Shown here piece by piece: positions 48,762 to 58,561 of a DNA stretch of 64,000 nucleotides (position 1 is its first letter; each line of letters opens with the position of its first letter). A model generated the notes under the pieces. The model had not been told where the DNA came from. It was given only the letters and a program-made list of their open reading frames with translations, and did not search any database. The stretch covers positions 32,001 to 96,000 of the forward strand of contig JAWSUS010000005.1 in NCBI GenBank assembly GCA_033549025.1, read 5' to 3'. The position numbers and the translations under genes were made by a program. The stretch comes from Desulfuromonadales bacterium (GTDB lineage: Bacteria; Desulfobacterota; Desulfuromonadia; Desulfuromonadales; SZUA-540).

Positions 48762-49397
48762 TTAGCCGAGAATCAGGTTGGGCAGCTCGTCGCGGTCATC
48801 CGCCCGCCGGGGGAAATGCTCTTCCAGCAGCTCGGCGCAGCGGGTGATGGCTTCGCAGAGGGCGTCGCACGCCAGCCCCTGGTGAATGCCTTCAGTCACC
48901 GTTTCGACAATCTCCTCCCAGACGTGCAGAGGAACGCGGGCGTTGATGCCACGGTCGGCCAGCACATAGACCCGTCGTTCAAACAGGGAGAGCAGAATGA
49001 GGATGCCGGTGTGGTCGCGGGTGTGGTGCAGCCCCTGCTCGAGGAAGCTGACGATGGCTTTTTCCTCCACCTCGCCGCGGATCTCGGCGGGATGGATAAG
49101 GCAGCGTTTGAGCGTCGGGGTGTGGCGGATGAAGAGTTTGAAGGGGAAGTAGGCGAGGGCGAAGATCGGCAGGAAGACCCAGACGGACGAGCCGCCGAAG
49201 GCCCAGCTTGCCGTCACGCCCGTGGCCAGCGCCAGCAGGACGGCGCCGAGAATCTCGGCGCGGGGGTAGTCGTAGCTGGCGTCGATTACCATGGGGACAA
49301 TCTCGCCGCTGGTGCGTTTCTCGGCCTCGAAGACGGCGGTTTTGAGGCGCTGCCGTTCGTCTTCGCTGAAAAATGTCTGCGCTGTGACTTTCGCCAT
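48762..49397 (-). CDS. TPM domain membrane protein
   Basis: AEKRTSGEIV, TRDHTGILI..ERRV.VLADRGI, DELPN. Confidence 0.85.
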   Translation of the reverse strand: MAKVTAQTFFSEDERQRLKTAVFEAEKRTSGEIVPMVIDASYDYPRAEILGAVLLALATGVTASWAFGGSSVWVFLPIFALAYFPFKLFIRHTPTLKRCLIHPAEIRGEVEEKAIVSFLEQGLHHTRDHTGILILLSLFERRVYVLADRGINARVPLHVWEEIVETVTEGIHQGLACDALCEAITRCAELLEEHFPRRADDRDELPNLILG

Positions 49398-49433
49398 GAC
49401 AGTTCCTGTGCAAGGGTGAAAAGAAGATAGTTC

Positions 49434-50156
49434 TTACCAGCCACCGGAAGCGCCGCCGCCTCCGAATCCGCCCCCGCCGCCGCCGAAACCACCGCCTCCG
49501 CCAAAGCCGCCTCCGCCGAAGGGTGGTCCGCCGATCCATAGACCGCTCCGACGGCTGCTGCGGTGGCTGCGTCCGCCCGTCAGGAACAGTAATCCCGGTC
49601 CCAGAAAGAGCAGCAGGGCCAGCAGGCCGAGTGGATGACGCTCCTTCTGCTGGCGGGATGACCCCGATCCCGTGTACTCTCCCCGCACCGCTTCGGCCAT
49701 GGCGACCAGGCCGGCGGCGATGCCGCCATTGAAATCTCCTTGCCGGAAGCGGGGGGTGATCTCCTGATCGATGATGCGGCCGGCCAGCAGGTCGGTGAGT
49801 CTCCCTTCCAGCCCGTAGCCGACTTCGATGCGAATCTGGCGGTCGTCCCGAGAAACAAGGAGCAGGGCGCCGTTGTCCTTACCTTTCTGCCCGATCCCCC
49901 AGCTCTCCGCCACCTTCAGAGCGGCGACTTCCAGTGGTTCCCCCTCCAGGGAGACGACCGTGAGCAGGACAAGCTGCGTCGAGTCGCTGGCTTCGAAATC
50001 GGTCAAAAAGCGCTCGATTTTCAGCTCCATTTCGGCCGAGAGAAGGCCGGCCAGATCGTTGACATGGCCGCGCAGGGGAGGCACGTCGAGGGCGCTGGCT
50101 GTCAGGGGCAGCAGGATGAGGAGCGCCAGGGCGAGAAAAAAGCGTCGCAGGAGCAT
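49434..50156 (-). CDS. TPM domain protein (YgcG-like) with Gly-rich tail
   Basis: WGIGQKGKDNG, RIEVGYGLEG, GGGGASGGW. Confidence 0.88.
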   Translation of the reverse strand: MLLRRFFLALALLILLPLTASALDVPPLRGHVNDLAGLLSAEMELKIERFLTDFEASDSTQLVLLTVVSLEGEPLEVAALKVAESWGIGQKGKDNGALLLVSRDDRQIRIEVGYGLEGRLTDLLAGRIIDQEITPRFRQGDFNGGIAAGLVAMAEAVRGEYTGSGSSRQQKERHPLGLLALLLFLGPGLLFLTGGRSHRSSRRSGLWIGGPPFGGGGFGGGGGFGGGGGGFGGGGASGGW

Positions 50157-50157
50157 G

Positions 50158-50745
50158 CTAGAAGTTGACCTTGGGAGCCGTAGCCGCGCCGGCCTCCGCC
50201 TTGAAGGGTTCCTTGCGTTCAAGCTTCAGCATGAATTTGTTGGTCAGGTTGTTGGGGAAGGTACGGATCGAACTATTGAAGACCTGCACCGCTTCGTTGT
50301 AGCGCTGGCGGGCGACATTGATGCGGTTCTCGGTGCCTTCGAGCTGGTGCTGAAGGTCGCTGAAATTCTGACTGGCCTTCAGGTCGGGGTAGCGTTCAGC
50401 CACCACCAGCAGGCGGGAGAGGGCGCCGGAAAGTTCTCCCTGGGCCGACTGAAAGCTTTCGAGGGCAACGGGGTTGGACAGATCCTGACCGCTCAGGTTG
50501 ACCTGCCCCACACGGGCCCGGGCTTCGGTAACGGACTGCAGAGTCTCCCGCTCATGACTGGCGTAGGCCTTGACCGTCTCCACCAGGTTGGGAATGAGAT
50601 CGGCGCGACGCTGGTAGGTAGCCTCCACGTCGGCCCAGGCGGCAAAGACCATTTCTTCGTTGCGCTGGATTTCATTGTAGCCGCACCCTGAGAGCAGGGT
50701 CAGGGAAAGCAGAATCAGGGCGATGAGGGAAAAGCGCGTCTTCAT
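50158..50745 (-). CDS. lemA: LemA family protein
   Basis: GCGYN, QRRADLIPNLV, YPDLKA, LEGTENRI. Confidence 0.95.
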   Translation of the reverse strand: MKTRFSLIALILLSLTLLSGCGYNEIQRNEEMVFAAWADVEATYQRRADLIPNLVETVKAYASHERETLQSVTEARARVGQVNLSGQDLSNPVALESFQSAQGELSGALSRLLVVAERYPDLKASQNFSDLQHQLEGTENRINVARQRYNEAVQVFNSSIRTFPNNLTNKFMLKLERKEPFKAEAGAATAPKVNF

Positions 50746-50924
50746 GGCAGAGCTCCTTGTTCAGTTCATGGAAAAGCAAAAAGGAATCTTGAAAATATAG
50801 TCATGCCGATGGCGGATGTAAAGGGAAGATCCTGGGGCGGGCCGCTGTGAACAAAAAAGATGTTGCATTTAATGTCTGAACGCGATTTAAATCTGAACAA
50901 ACACCGACATCGAGAGGACTTGCC

Positions 50925-52001
50925 ATGGCCTGGCCCCTGACCCAAGCTGAAGAACGGTTGACGGAAGATTGTCTGCGAAACCTGCGCGCTCTGCCTGGAT
51001 GCGAAGTGGAACCGGGGTTCAGGCCGGCATTACAGGCCCAGGAGGGTCGCCTGCGGCTTCAAGGCGGCTGGGGGCAGGTCAGCTATCAGGTCATGCCACG
51101 AAGGCGGCTCTCGCCTTTAACCGTCGCTGTTCTTCTCAACCAGGCTCACCTTCAGCCCGCTGAGGCGCCGAGGCTGCTGTTTACCGATTATCTGCCGGAA
51201 ACCCTGGCTCGCGAACTGCGCCAACAGGGGATCGAATATGTCGATGCGGCCGGCAACATGTACCTGTGTCAGCCGCCGCTGCTGATGGAGATTGGCGGTC
51301 GCCGCCGGGTCGCTGAAAAGAAAAGCGGCGGCCGTGCTTTTCAAACCGCCGGGCTCAAACTGATTTCCCTCCTGCTGATGGAGCCGGCCAACCTGCGCCT
51401 GTCCTACCGGGACATGGCCCAGCGGGCCCATGTCGCTCTGGGGACCATCGGGCAGACGCTGGAGCAGCTCGAGTCGCTGGGTTATCTCGGCCGGGAGGCC
51501 GGCGGCAGAAGGTTGCTGCGAGGCGAGGATCTGTTGCAGCGCTGGGAATTCGGCTATAGCGAAAAGCTGCGCCCCCGGCTGCTGCTGCGTCGTTGTCGCC
51601 TGCAGACAGGGGTGACGATCGACGATCTGCCTGATTTGCTGCGGCAAAACGGTTTGCAGGAGCAGGTGCTTATCGGCGGCGAGCTGGGCGCCGCCCTTCT
51701 GCTTGGCGGCTACCGCCCGCAGCGCGCTGCCCTGCATCTGTCCGGCGATGCCCTGCGTCTTCTCATGCAGCTACGCCTGATTCCCGACCCCGACGGGCCC
51801 GTGGATCTGCTGCAATTGTACAGCCATCAGCTGGCCTGGCAGGAGTGGCAGCCCGAAGGGATTTCGCTGATCCATCCTTTGCTGATTCACGCCGAATTGA
51901 TGGCGGCGGCAGACGATAGGGCCCCTCTGGCGGAAAGGATCTGGCGGGATTTTCTGCAGGAAAAATTGGCGGGTGGTGCGCCTGGCGGCGACAGTCAGTG
52001 A
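50925..52001 (+). CDS. type IV TA AbiEi-like (AbiEi_2) antitoxin/regulator, no toxin partner adjacent
   Basis: GIEYVDAAGN, wHTH SYRDMAQRAHVALGTI, GGELGAA, HPLLIHAELM. Confidence 0.7.
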   Translation: MAWPLTQAEERLTEDCLRNLRALPGCEVEPGFRPALQAQEGRLRLQGGWGQVSYQVMPRRRLSPLTVAVLLNQAHLQPAEAPRLLFTDYLPETLARELRQQGIEYVDAAGNMYLCQPPLLMEIGGRRRVAEKKSGGRAFQTAGLKLISLLLMEPANLRLSYRDMAQRAHVALGTIGQTLEQLESLGYLGREAGGRRLLRGEDLLQRWEFGYSEKLRPRLLLRRCRLQTGVTIDDLPDLLRQNGLQEQVLIGGELGAALLLGGYRPQRAALHLSGDALRLLMQLRLIPDPDGPVDLLQLYSHQLAWQEWQPEGISLIHPLLIHAELMAAADDRAPLAERIWRDFLQEKLAGGAPGGDSQ

Positions 52002-53920
52002 ATGCCTTGTGACGTCCTTTCATGGAGCAGGCAGAACCCCGTCTTGCTGACGTTCATGGCGAAAAGTTCACCCATCTCGGCGGCGGTACAGGGAGGCGAG
52101 AAATAAAAGCCCTGCATCTCGTGGCATTGTCGGGCGGTGAGAAATTCCAGTTGCGGCAGATTTTCCACGCCCTCGGCCAGGACGTTGAGCTGCAGGCTGT
52201 GGCTCATGGCGATAATGGCCTCGACGATCGCTCGACTGTCGGCGTCTTCATTGACCGAGTGAATAAACTCCTGGGCGATTTTGATGCGATCAATAGGGAA
52301 GTTCTTCAGGTAGGCCAAGGAGGAATAACCGGTACCGAAGTCGTCAATGGCCAGGTGGATCCCCCGCACCTTGATGTCCGTCAGGGTCATGATGGTCTCG
52401 ACCGTGTTGTCCATGATCAGGCTTTCCGTGAGTTCCAGCTCAAGCCACCGGGGGTCTAGCCCGGTTTCCTCCAGAATGCGATCGAGCAGGTCGATAATGC
52501 CCAGCTGCTTGAACTGACGGGCGGAAAGGTTGACGGCCATTCTGACCGGGGCATAGCCGGCGATCTGCCACTCCCGGGCCTGCCGGCAGGCCGTGCGCAA
52601 AGCCCACTCGCCGATAGGGTTGATCAAGCCAGTCTCTTCGGCAATGGGGATGAATTTCTGTGGTGAAATGAGTCCCTCCTGGGGGTGATTCCACCGCAGC
52701 AGGGATTCGACCCCGATGATCGTTCCCGACTCGATGTCGATCTGTGGCTGATAGGTGAGAAAAAGCTCGCCCCGATCGATGGCCCGCCGCAAGCTGGTCT
52801 CGATGCCCAGCTTCTCCACCACCCGGGTATTCATCTCATCGGAAAAGAACTGATAGTTGTTGCGACCGTGCTCTTTGGCGGCGTACATGGCGATGTCCGC
52901 ATTGCGCAACAGGGTGTCGATATCCTCGCCGTCCAGGGGATAGATGCTGATGCCGATGCTCGCCGTGGTACAGAGTTCGCCGCCCGCCAGTTTTACCGGC
53001 TGGGCCAGGGCTTCAAGAATCCGTTCGGCAAAGGCGGCGCCGTCTTGGTCACCATTGCTGCTGGAGAGCACGATGACGAATTCGTCACCCCCGAGGCGGG
53101 CCACCGTGTCGCCCTGACGCATGCAGTCTCGCAAGCGCTGGGCGATAATTTTAAGAAACTCGTCCCCGACGGCATGACCCAGGGTGTCGTTGATGATCTT
53201 GAAGCGGTCCAGGTCGAGAAAGAGCACCTCGACGCGTACGTTATTGCGGCGGGCGTGAGCTAGCGCCTGCCCAAGGCGGTCATGGAAGAGGGTGCGGTTG
53301 GGCAGCTCGGTGAGCGTATCGTAGTAGGCCAGCTTTTTGACCTCCAGCTCCGCCTGACGATGTTCAGTGACATCGATTGCCACGGCCAGGCTGCGCTCGA
53401 TGCGCCCCTGCGCGTTGCGGTCGCCAATGGCCGAGAGCAGAACCTCGACAATGTCCCCGTTTTTTTTCACAAACTGGTAAGGGATGTATTTGACGGAACC
53501 CGTGCGGAAAAACTTGGGAAAAATGGTCTGCTCGGCCATCTGACGTGAGGTTTGGGTCATGAAATCCGTCAGCTTGTGGCCGAGCACCTCGGACGGTTCA
53601 TAACCCAGGGTTTCCAGCCAGAATTTGCTGACCGTGAGCAGACGGCCGTGGGTGTCGATGGAATGAAGCATGACGGGCGCGTTGTCGTAAAGGCTGCGAT
53701 AGCGCGCCTCGCTTTCCAAGAGAGAGCGGGTGGAGTGTTTCCATTTACGTCGCCAGATGTTCAGGATGAGCCCGCAGCAGCCGCCGAAAAAAATGGGGAC
53801 CAGAAAGCCCTTCGGGTGAAAAGGGATGCCGACGAGCAACTTCTGCACGGCCGAAAAGCTGCTCAACAGCGTGCTGCCCAAAAGGAACCAGGCAGCGTGT
53901 TGGAGAAAGACTTTAATCAT
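51995..53920 (-). CDS. membrane-anchored PAS-GGDEF-EAL diguanylate cyclase/phosphodiesterase
   Basis: 2 TM, PAS, RLGGDEF, ESLLRW, DDFGTGYSSL, AEGVE. Confidence 0.93.
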   Translation of the reverse strand: MIKVFLQHAAWFLLGSTLLSSFSAVQKLLVGIPFHPKGFLVPIFFGGCCGLILNIWRRKWKHSTRSLLESEARYRSLYDNAPVMLHSIDTHGRLLTVSKFWLETLGYEPSEVLGHKLTDFMTQTSRQMAEQTIFPKFFRTGSVKYIPYQFVKKNGDIVEVLLSAIGDRNAQGRIERSLAVAIDVTEHRQAELEVKKLAYYDTLTELPNRTLFHDRLGQALAHARRNNVRVEVLFLDLDRFKIINDTLGHAVGDEFLKIIAQRLRDCMRQGDTVARLGGDEFVIVLSSSNGDQDGAAFAERILEALAQPVKLAGGELCTTASIGISIYPLDGEDIDTLLRNADIAMYAAKEHGRNNYQFFSDEMNTRVVEKLGIETSLRRAIDRGELFLTYQPQIDIESGTIIGVESLLRWNHPQEGLISPQKFIPIAEETGLINPIGEWALRTACRQAREWQIAGYAPVRMAVNLSARQFKQLGIIDLLDRILEETGLDPRWLELELTESLIMDNTVETIMTLTDIKVRGIHLAIDDFGTGYSSLAYLKNFPIDRIKIAQEFIHSVNEDADSRAIVEAIIAMSHSLQLNVLAEGVENLPQLEFLTARQCHEMQGFYFSPPCTAAEMGELFAMNVSKTGFCLLHERTSQGIH

Positions 53921-54170
53921 GGCGGCCTGTCGGGTGAAAGCGTGGGTTCACGAAATCCTTGGATCCGAATCTGCTCGGAATCTTTACAACCTTCCTATGA
54001 TTTTCCCCTAGATGGCCGGGAAGTCAATTCCCGAAGAGGCGATTTCCGCCAGAATGTCATGATCTTGCCGGGCCGCAACCCGCAGGCGCCATCAGGGGCA
54101 AAGGATGGAAGTTTTGCCGAAGCTGTGGTAGCATGATGCCTTACAACGCCCCTGCCAGAAGAGGACAACT

Positions 54171-54485
54171 GTGGATAGACCCCTGTCATCGCCGGGAGTA
54201 AAACCCGCCGCTACCGAGAAGGAAAAGGTCACTTTTCCTCCCCCGTATCGGGTATTGATGCACAACGACGATTACACGACCATGGAATTCGTGGTCGCCG
54301 CCCTCGAAACGGTCTTTCACAAGACTCCCACCGAGGCCAACCGCATCATGCTGCATATTCATCTGAAAGGCGTCGGGGAATGCGGCATCTACCCCTTTGA
54401 AATTGCCGAAACGAAGGTTGCCAGAGTCCATGCCATGGCCAGGAAAGAGGGTTTTCCCTTAAGGTGCAGCCTCGAAAAAGTCTGA
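54171..54485 (+). CDS. clpS: ATP-dependent Clp protease adaptor
   Basis: NDDYTTMEFV, IAETK, FPLRC. Confidence 0.95.
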   Translation: MDRPLSSPGVKPAATEKEKVTFPPPYRVLMHNDDYTTMEFVVAALETVFHKTPTEANRIMLHIHLKGVGECGIYPFEIAETKVARVHAMARKEGFPLRCSLEKV

Positions 54486-54502
54486 AAAAGGACGGAGTTC
54501 CC

Positions 54503-56758
54503 ATGTTCAACCAGGAAGTACAAATCACCTTTTCTCTGGCGGTGCGGGAAGCCCAGCGCCGCCGTCATGAATATCTCACGACGGAACACGTGCTCTACGC
54601 CATTCTCTTCGATGGCGAAGGGCAGGACATCATTCGCAACTGCGGAGGCGATCCCGAAACCCTGCGCGCCATGCTCGAAGATTTCATGACCAACCAGCTG
54701 GAGAGTGTCGCCAGCGAAAGTGAAGAGGTGCCTGAACAGACGGTCGGGCTGCAGAGGGTTCTGCAGAGTACCGTGGTTCATATGCATGCCGCCGGCAAAA
54801 AGCAGATCACCGTCGGGGATGTGCTGGTGGCGATTCTGGAAGAGAAGAACTCTCACGCTTCCCATTTCCTCAAGCTTCAGGGGGTCAGTCGCCTGGATGT
54901 GTTGCACTATATTTCCCACGGGGTCGCCAAGATGCCGTCCCAGCAGGAAGGGGAGGGGGAAGGCTCGCCTGCTCCCGGGCGTGAGGACACGGGAGGCGCC
55001 GGGACCAAGACGGCTCCGGCCAAGGACCCCTTGAAACTCTTTACCGTCAATTTGCTGGAAAAAGCCCGGGCCGGCAAGATCGATCCCCTCATTGGGCGCG
55101 AGGCGGAAATCGAGCGGACACTGCTGGTGCTGTGCCGGCGGCGCAAGAACAACCCCATTTATGTCGGCGAACCGGGGGTCGGCAAGACGGCGCTCGCCGA
55201 AGGACTGGCACTGTCCATGGCGCGGGGCGAGGTGCCGGACATGCTGGCTGATTTTGAGATCTTTTCTCTCGATATGGGGGCGCTGCTGGCCGGCACCAAA
55301 TTCCGCGGAGATTTCGAGGAACGGCTCAAGGCGGTGCTGGCCGCTCTGGCCAAAAAAGGCAAGGCCATTCTCTTTATCGACGAAATCCACACGGTGGTCG
55401 GTGCCGGCGCCACCAGCGGCGGCTCAATGGATGCCTCCAATATTCTCAAGCCGGTGCTGGCCTCTGGTGAGTTGCGCTGCATCGGTTCGACCACCTATGA
55501 GGAATACAAGAATCTTTTTGAGAAAGATCGGGCTTTGTCCCGCCGCTTCCAGAAAATCGATGTTCCCGAGCCGAGCGTCGAGGAGACCCTCGCCATTCTC
55601 CAGGGGCTGAAATCCCACTATGAAGAGCACCACGGCGTCCGCTACAGCGACGAAGCGCTGCGGGCCGCCGCCGAGCTGTCGGCTCGCCATATCAACTTCC
55701 GTCACCTGCCGGACAAGGCCATTGACGTGATGGACGAGGTCGGCGCCTCCTTTCGGCTGCACCCGCGTTCCCGGCAGGAGGTGGGCATCCGGGAAATCGA
55801 AGAGGTGATCGCCCGTATCGCCCGCATTCCGCAGCGTCAGGTCTCGGCCCGCGACCGCCAGCGCCTCAAAACCCTCGCCCGCGATATCAAGGCGCGGGTC
55901 TTCGGGCAGGATTCGGCCATCGATGCCCTGTGCCGCGCCGTGCTGCGCTCCCGGGCCGGCCTGGGTCACCCGGAAAAACCCACCGGGTCCTTTCTGTTCA
56001 CCGGCCCGACCGGAGTGGGCAAGACGGAGGTCGCCAAACAGCTTGCCGCCCAGATGGGGGTGGAGTTCATCCGCTTCGATATGAGTGAATACATGGAGAA
56101 GCATTCGGTGGCACGGCTGATCGGTTCGCCGCCGGGCTACGTCGGTTTTGAACAGGGCGGGCTGCTCACCGACGCCGTTATTCGGCATCCCTATGCGGTC
56201 CTGCTGCTGGACGAGATCGAAAAGGCCCATCCCGATCTTTTCAACATCCTGCTACAGGTCATGGATCACGGTACCCTCACCGATAACAATGGCAAGAAGG
56301 CCGATTTTCGCAACGTTGTTCTCATCATGACCAGCAACGCCGGCGCCCGGGAAATGAGCGCCAACCCCATCGGCTTCAGCAAAACGGCTTCGACGGGAGA
56401 TCCTCGCCACGCCGTGGAACGCACCTTCTCCCCCGAGTTCCGCAATCGTCTCGATGCCATCATCGCTTTCAGCAGCCTCGCCGAGGAGGTGATTGTCCGC
56501 ATCGTCGACAAGTTTTTCCACGAGCTGGCCACACCCCTGCAAGAGAAAGGGGTTGTCCTCAAGGTCTCCCCGGCCGCCCGCCGCTATTTCGCCCAGCGGG
56601 GCTACGACCCGGTCTATGGCGCTCGCCCGCTGGCCCGTCTCATTCAGACGGAAGTCAGCGATGTCATTGCCAGCGAAATCCTCTTCGGACGGCTGAGCAA
56701 GGGCGGGACAGTGCGCCTCGGTCTGCGTCAGGATGCCCTGACTTTTTCCTACGACTGA
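54503..56758 (+). CDS. clpA: ATP-dependent Clp protease ATPase subunit
   Basis: Clp N domain, GEPGVGKT, GPTGVGKT, RFDMSEYME; follows clpS. Confidence 0.96.
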   Translation: MFNQEVQITFSLAVREAQRRRHEYLTTEHVLYAILFDGEGQDIIRNCGGDPETLRAMLEDFMTNQLESVASESEEVPEQTVGLQRVLQSTVVHMHAAGKKQITVGDVLVAILEEKNSHASHFLKLQGVSRLDVLHYISHGVAKMPSQQEGEGEGSPAPGREDTGGAGTKTAPAKDPLKLFTVNLLEKARAGKIDPLIGREAEIERTLLVLCRRRKNNPIYVGEPGVGKTALAEGLALSMARGEVPDMLADFEIFSLDMGALLAGTKFRGDFEERLKAVLAALAKKGKAILFIDEIHTVVGAGATSGGSMDASNILKPVLASGELRCIGSTTYEEYKNLFEKDRALSRRFQKIDVPEPSVEETLAILQGLKSHYEEHHGVRYSDEALRAAAELSARHINFRHLPDKAIDVMDEVGASFRLHPRSRQEVGIREIEEVIARIARIPQRQVSARDRQRLKTLARDIKARVFGQDSAIDALCRAVLRSRAGLGHPEKPTGSFLFTGPTGVGKTEVAKQLAAQMGVEFIRFDMSEYMEKHSVARLIGSPPGYVGFEQGGLLTDAVIRHPYAVLLLDEIEKAHPDLFNILLQVMDHGTLTDNNGKKADFRNVVLIMTSNAGAREMSANPIGFSKTASTGDPRHAVERTFSPEFRNRLDAIIAFSSLAEEVIVRIVDKFFHELATPLQEKGVVLKVSPAARRYFAQRGYDPVYGARPLARLIQTEVSDVIASEILFGRLSKGGTVRLGLRQDALTFSYD

Positions 56759-56779
56759 GGCGTTTCAGGGGAGTCGTCG

Positions 56780-57472
56780 GTGCCTGTATTTCAACTGGCA
56801 GACCAGCTGCTTTTTCCGCCGCCTCATCTGGCCGAGCCTGATGGTCTGCTGGCTGTCGGTGGCGATCTGACCCCGCCGCGTCTCCTGCTGGCCTATTCCT
56901 CCGGCATCTTTCCCTGGTTCAACGAGGGGGATCCCCTGCTCTGGTGGTCGCCCGATCCCCGGTTCATCCTCGAGCCAACCGCCATTCATGTTTCCCGCAG
57001 TCTCGCTAAGGTGATTCGCCGTGGTTCCTTCCAGCTGACGATCGACCGCGCTTTTGCTGAAGTCATGCTGGCCTGCGGGCCAGACCGTCAGGAAGATACG
57101 GGGACCTGGATCACCGACGGAATGCTGGCCGCCTACGGCCGGCTGCACGCGTTGGGTTTCGCGCACTCGGTGGAATGCTGGCAGGGGGATGAACTGGTCG
57201 GCGGTCTGTACGGGGTCTGTCTGGGACGCTGTTTTTTCGGTGAGTCGATGTTTCACCGTCGCAGCAACGCTTCAAAGGCGGCGATGGTTTTTCTGGCCCG
57301 CCGGCTGGCGGCGCACAATTTCGATATGATCGACTGCCAGCTGCCGACCTCTCACCTGGCTTCTCTGGGCGGGCGGGCGATTTCGCGGACCTCGTACCTC
57401 AGCCGCCTGCGTCAGGCGGGGGTGGTCCCGACGGCGACACCTTCGCCGGCTCCTTTCCCAGGCGAGGGGTGA
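56780..57472 (+). CDS. aat: leucyl/phenylalanyl-tRNA--protein transferase
   Basis: GLLAVGGDL, GIFPW, WWSPDPR, FFGESMF. Confidence 0.95.
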   Translation: MPVFQLADQLLFPPPHLAEPDGLLAVGGDLTPPRLLLAYSSGIFPWFNEGDPLLWWSPDPRFILEPTAIHVSRSLAKVIRRGSFQLTIDRAFAEVMLACGPDRQEDTGTWITDGMLAAYGRLHALGFAHSVECWQGDELVGGLYGVCLGRCFFGESMFHRRSNASKAAMVFLARRLAAHNFDMIDCQLPTSHLASLGGRAISRTSYLSRLRQAGVVPTATPSPAPFPGEG

Positions 57473-57490
57473 GGAGGGCGACCAAAGGCC

Positions 57491-58252
57491 TTAATAGGGG
57501 GGATTGGCAGAGCGCCGGCCGGTGGCCACCTGCTGGTTGTGGGCCCTGAGTTCTTCGACGAGTTTCTCGATGTCCTGCGCGCCGAGAAGGTTGTTCTCGA
57601 CGAAGTACTGGCCGAGGCGCTTGTGAAGGTTCTGCTGGTAGCGGAGCAGCGTCTGCACTTGGAAGGGGGTCAGCACGCCGAGCTTGACGGCCCGCTGCCC
57701 GAAACGGCTGCAGGCTCCCCGCGCGGTGAGTACGTGGCGCAGGGAGGCTTCGTCGAGCCAGCCCCAGCGGCGGGCGATTTCGCCAATGGCCGGTCTTTGG
57801 GCGCGCTGCCAGACGAGCGCCGCGATGAGCTGCTGATAGGAGATATAGCCGCGATAGTAGAGGTAGAGGCCAAATTCCAGGTGGCGCTGCGGCAGGTTTC
57901 CGGCATAAAAGGTGCCGGCCGGGGAAGCCGGGGGACGCGTCCTGGCTGGCGAAGCACCCGCTCTGACCCCTGGCCCGGCGCTGCGCAGAGACTGGGTGTG
58001 TCCTTTTTCCCGCTGCTCCAGAAAGGTGTTGATCAGCTTGTAGGCGCTGGTCAGATCCTGAAACAGGATGTTCTGCCGCTTTTTTTCGGTCTCGGTAAAG
58101 CGATCCGGATGGGTCTGCTTGGCTCTGGTGCGGTAGGCTGATTTGGCGCCGCCGGGCTGGAGGTAGAAGAGAAAGTCGCGATTGAGGTGCAGCTCCGGGC
58201 CAAAAAGAATCCGGCAGGCATCAAAAAGGGCGGCTTCGGTCATCTGGACCAT
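57491..58252 (-). CDS. J-domain protein with C-terminal MshEN-like repeats
   Basis: KSAYRTRAKQTHPD J-domain; four 24-aa xxGxxxxxxGxxxxxxLxxxLxxQ-like repeats. Confidence 0.8.
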   Translation of the reverse strand: MVQMTEAALFDACRILFGPELHLNRDFLFYLQPGGAKSAYRTRAKQTHPDRFTETEKKRQNILFQDLTSAYKLINTFLEQREKGHTQSLRSAGPGVRAGASPARTRPPASPAGTFYAGNLPQRHLEFGLYLYYRGYISYQQLIAALVWQRAQRPAIGEIARRWGWLDEASLRHVLTARGACSRFGQRAVKLGVLTPFQVQTLLRYQQNLHKRLGQYFVENNLLGAQDIEKLVEELRAHNQQVATGRRSANPPY

Positions 58253-58561
58253 CTGAGCTCTTCCTCCGGGGTGAGTTGGGCGTCTTGAATGGGCGTACCC
58301 TTCCGGGTTTTTCAGCCTCCCACCTTATTACACCAGATCGCGATTCAGCTCAAGAATCCTTTCCTTCTAAGTGCTCTTCTGGGCTCGGTCAATGTGATTA
58401 AAAATTAGGCAAAAGGCTGTAAAGAGGGGTGCTCGCAGGATTTGCCCGCGCCTCTTTTTGAGTTCCCCACAGGGTTTTCCACGAAACTGTGGATGAGCGC
58501 TGAAAGTGTCGTAGAAACAGCAATCTAGGGGGTTCTTCAGGTGGGGCTTTTTAGGGTTTAT

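Noticed and set aside
49434..49525. GC-rich low-complexity repeat
   Set aside because: Encodes the normal Gly/Phe-rich tail of the TPM protein
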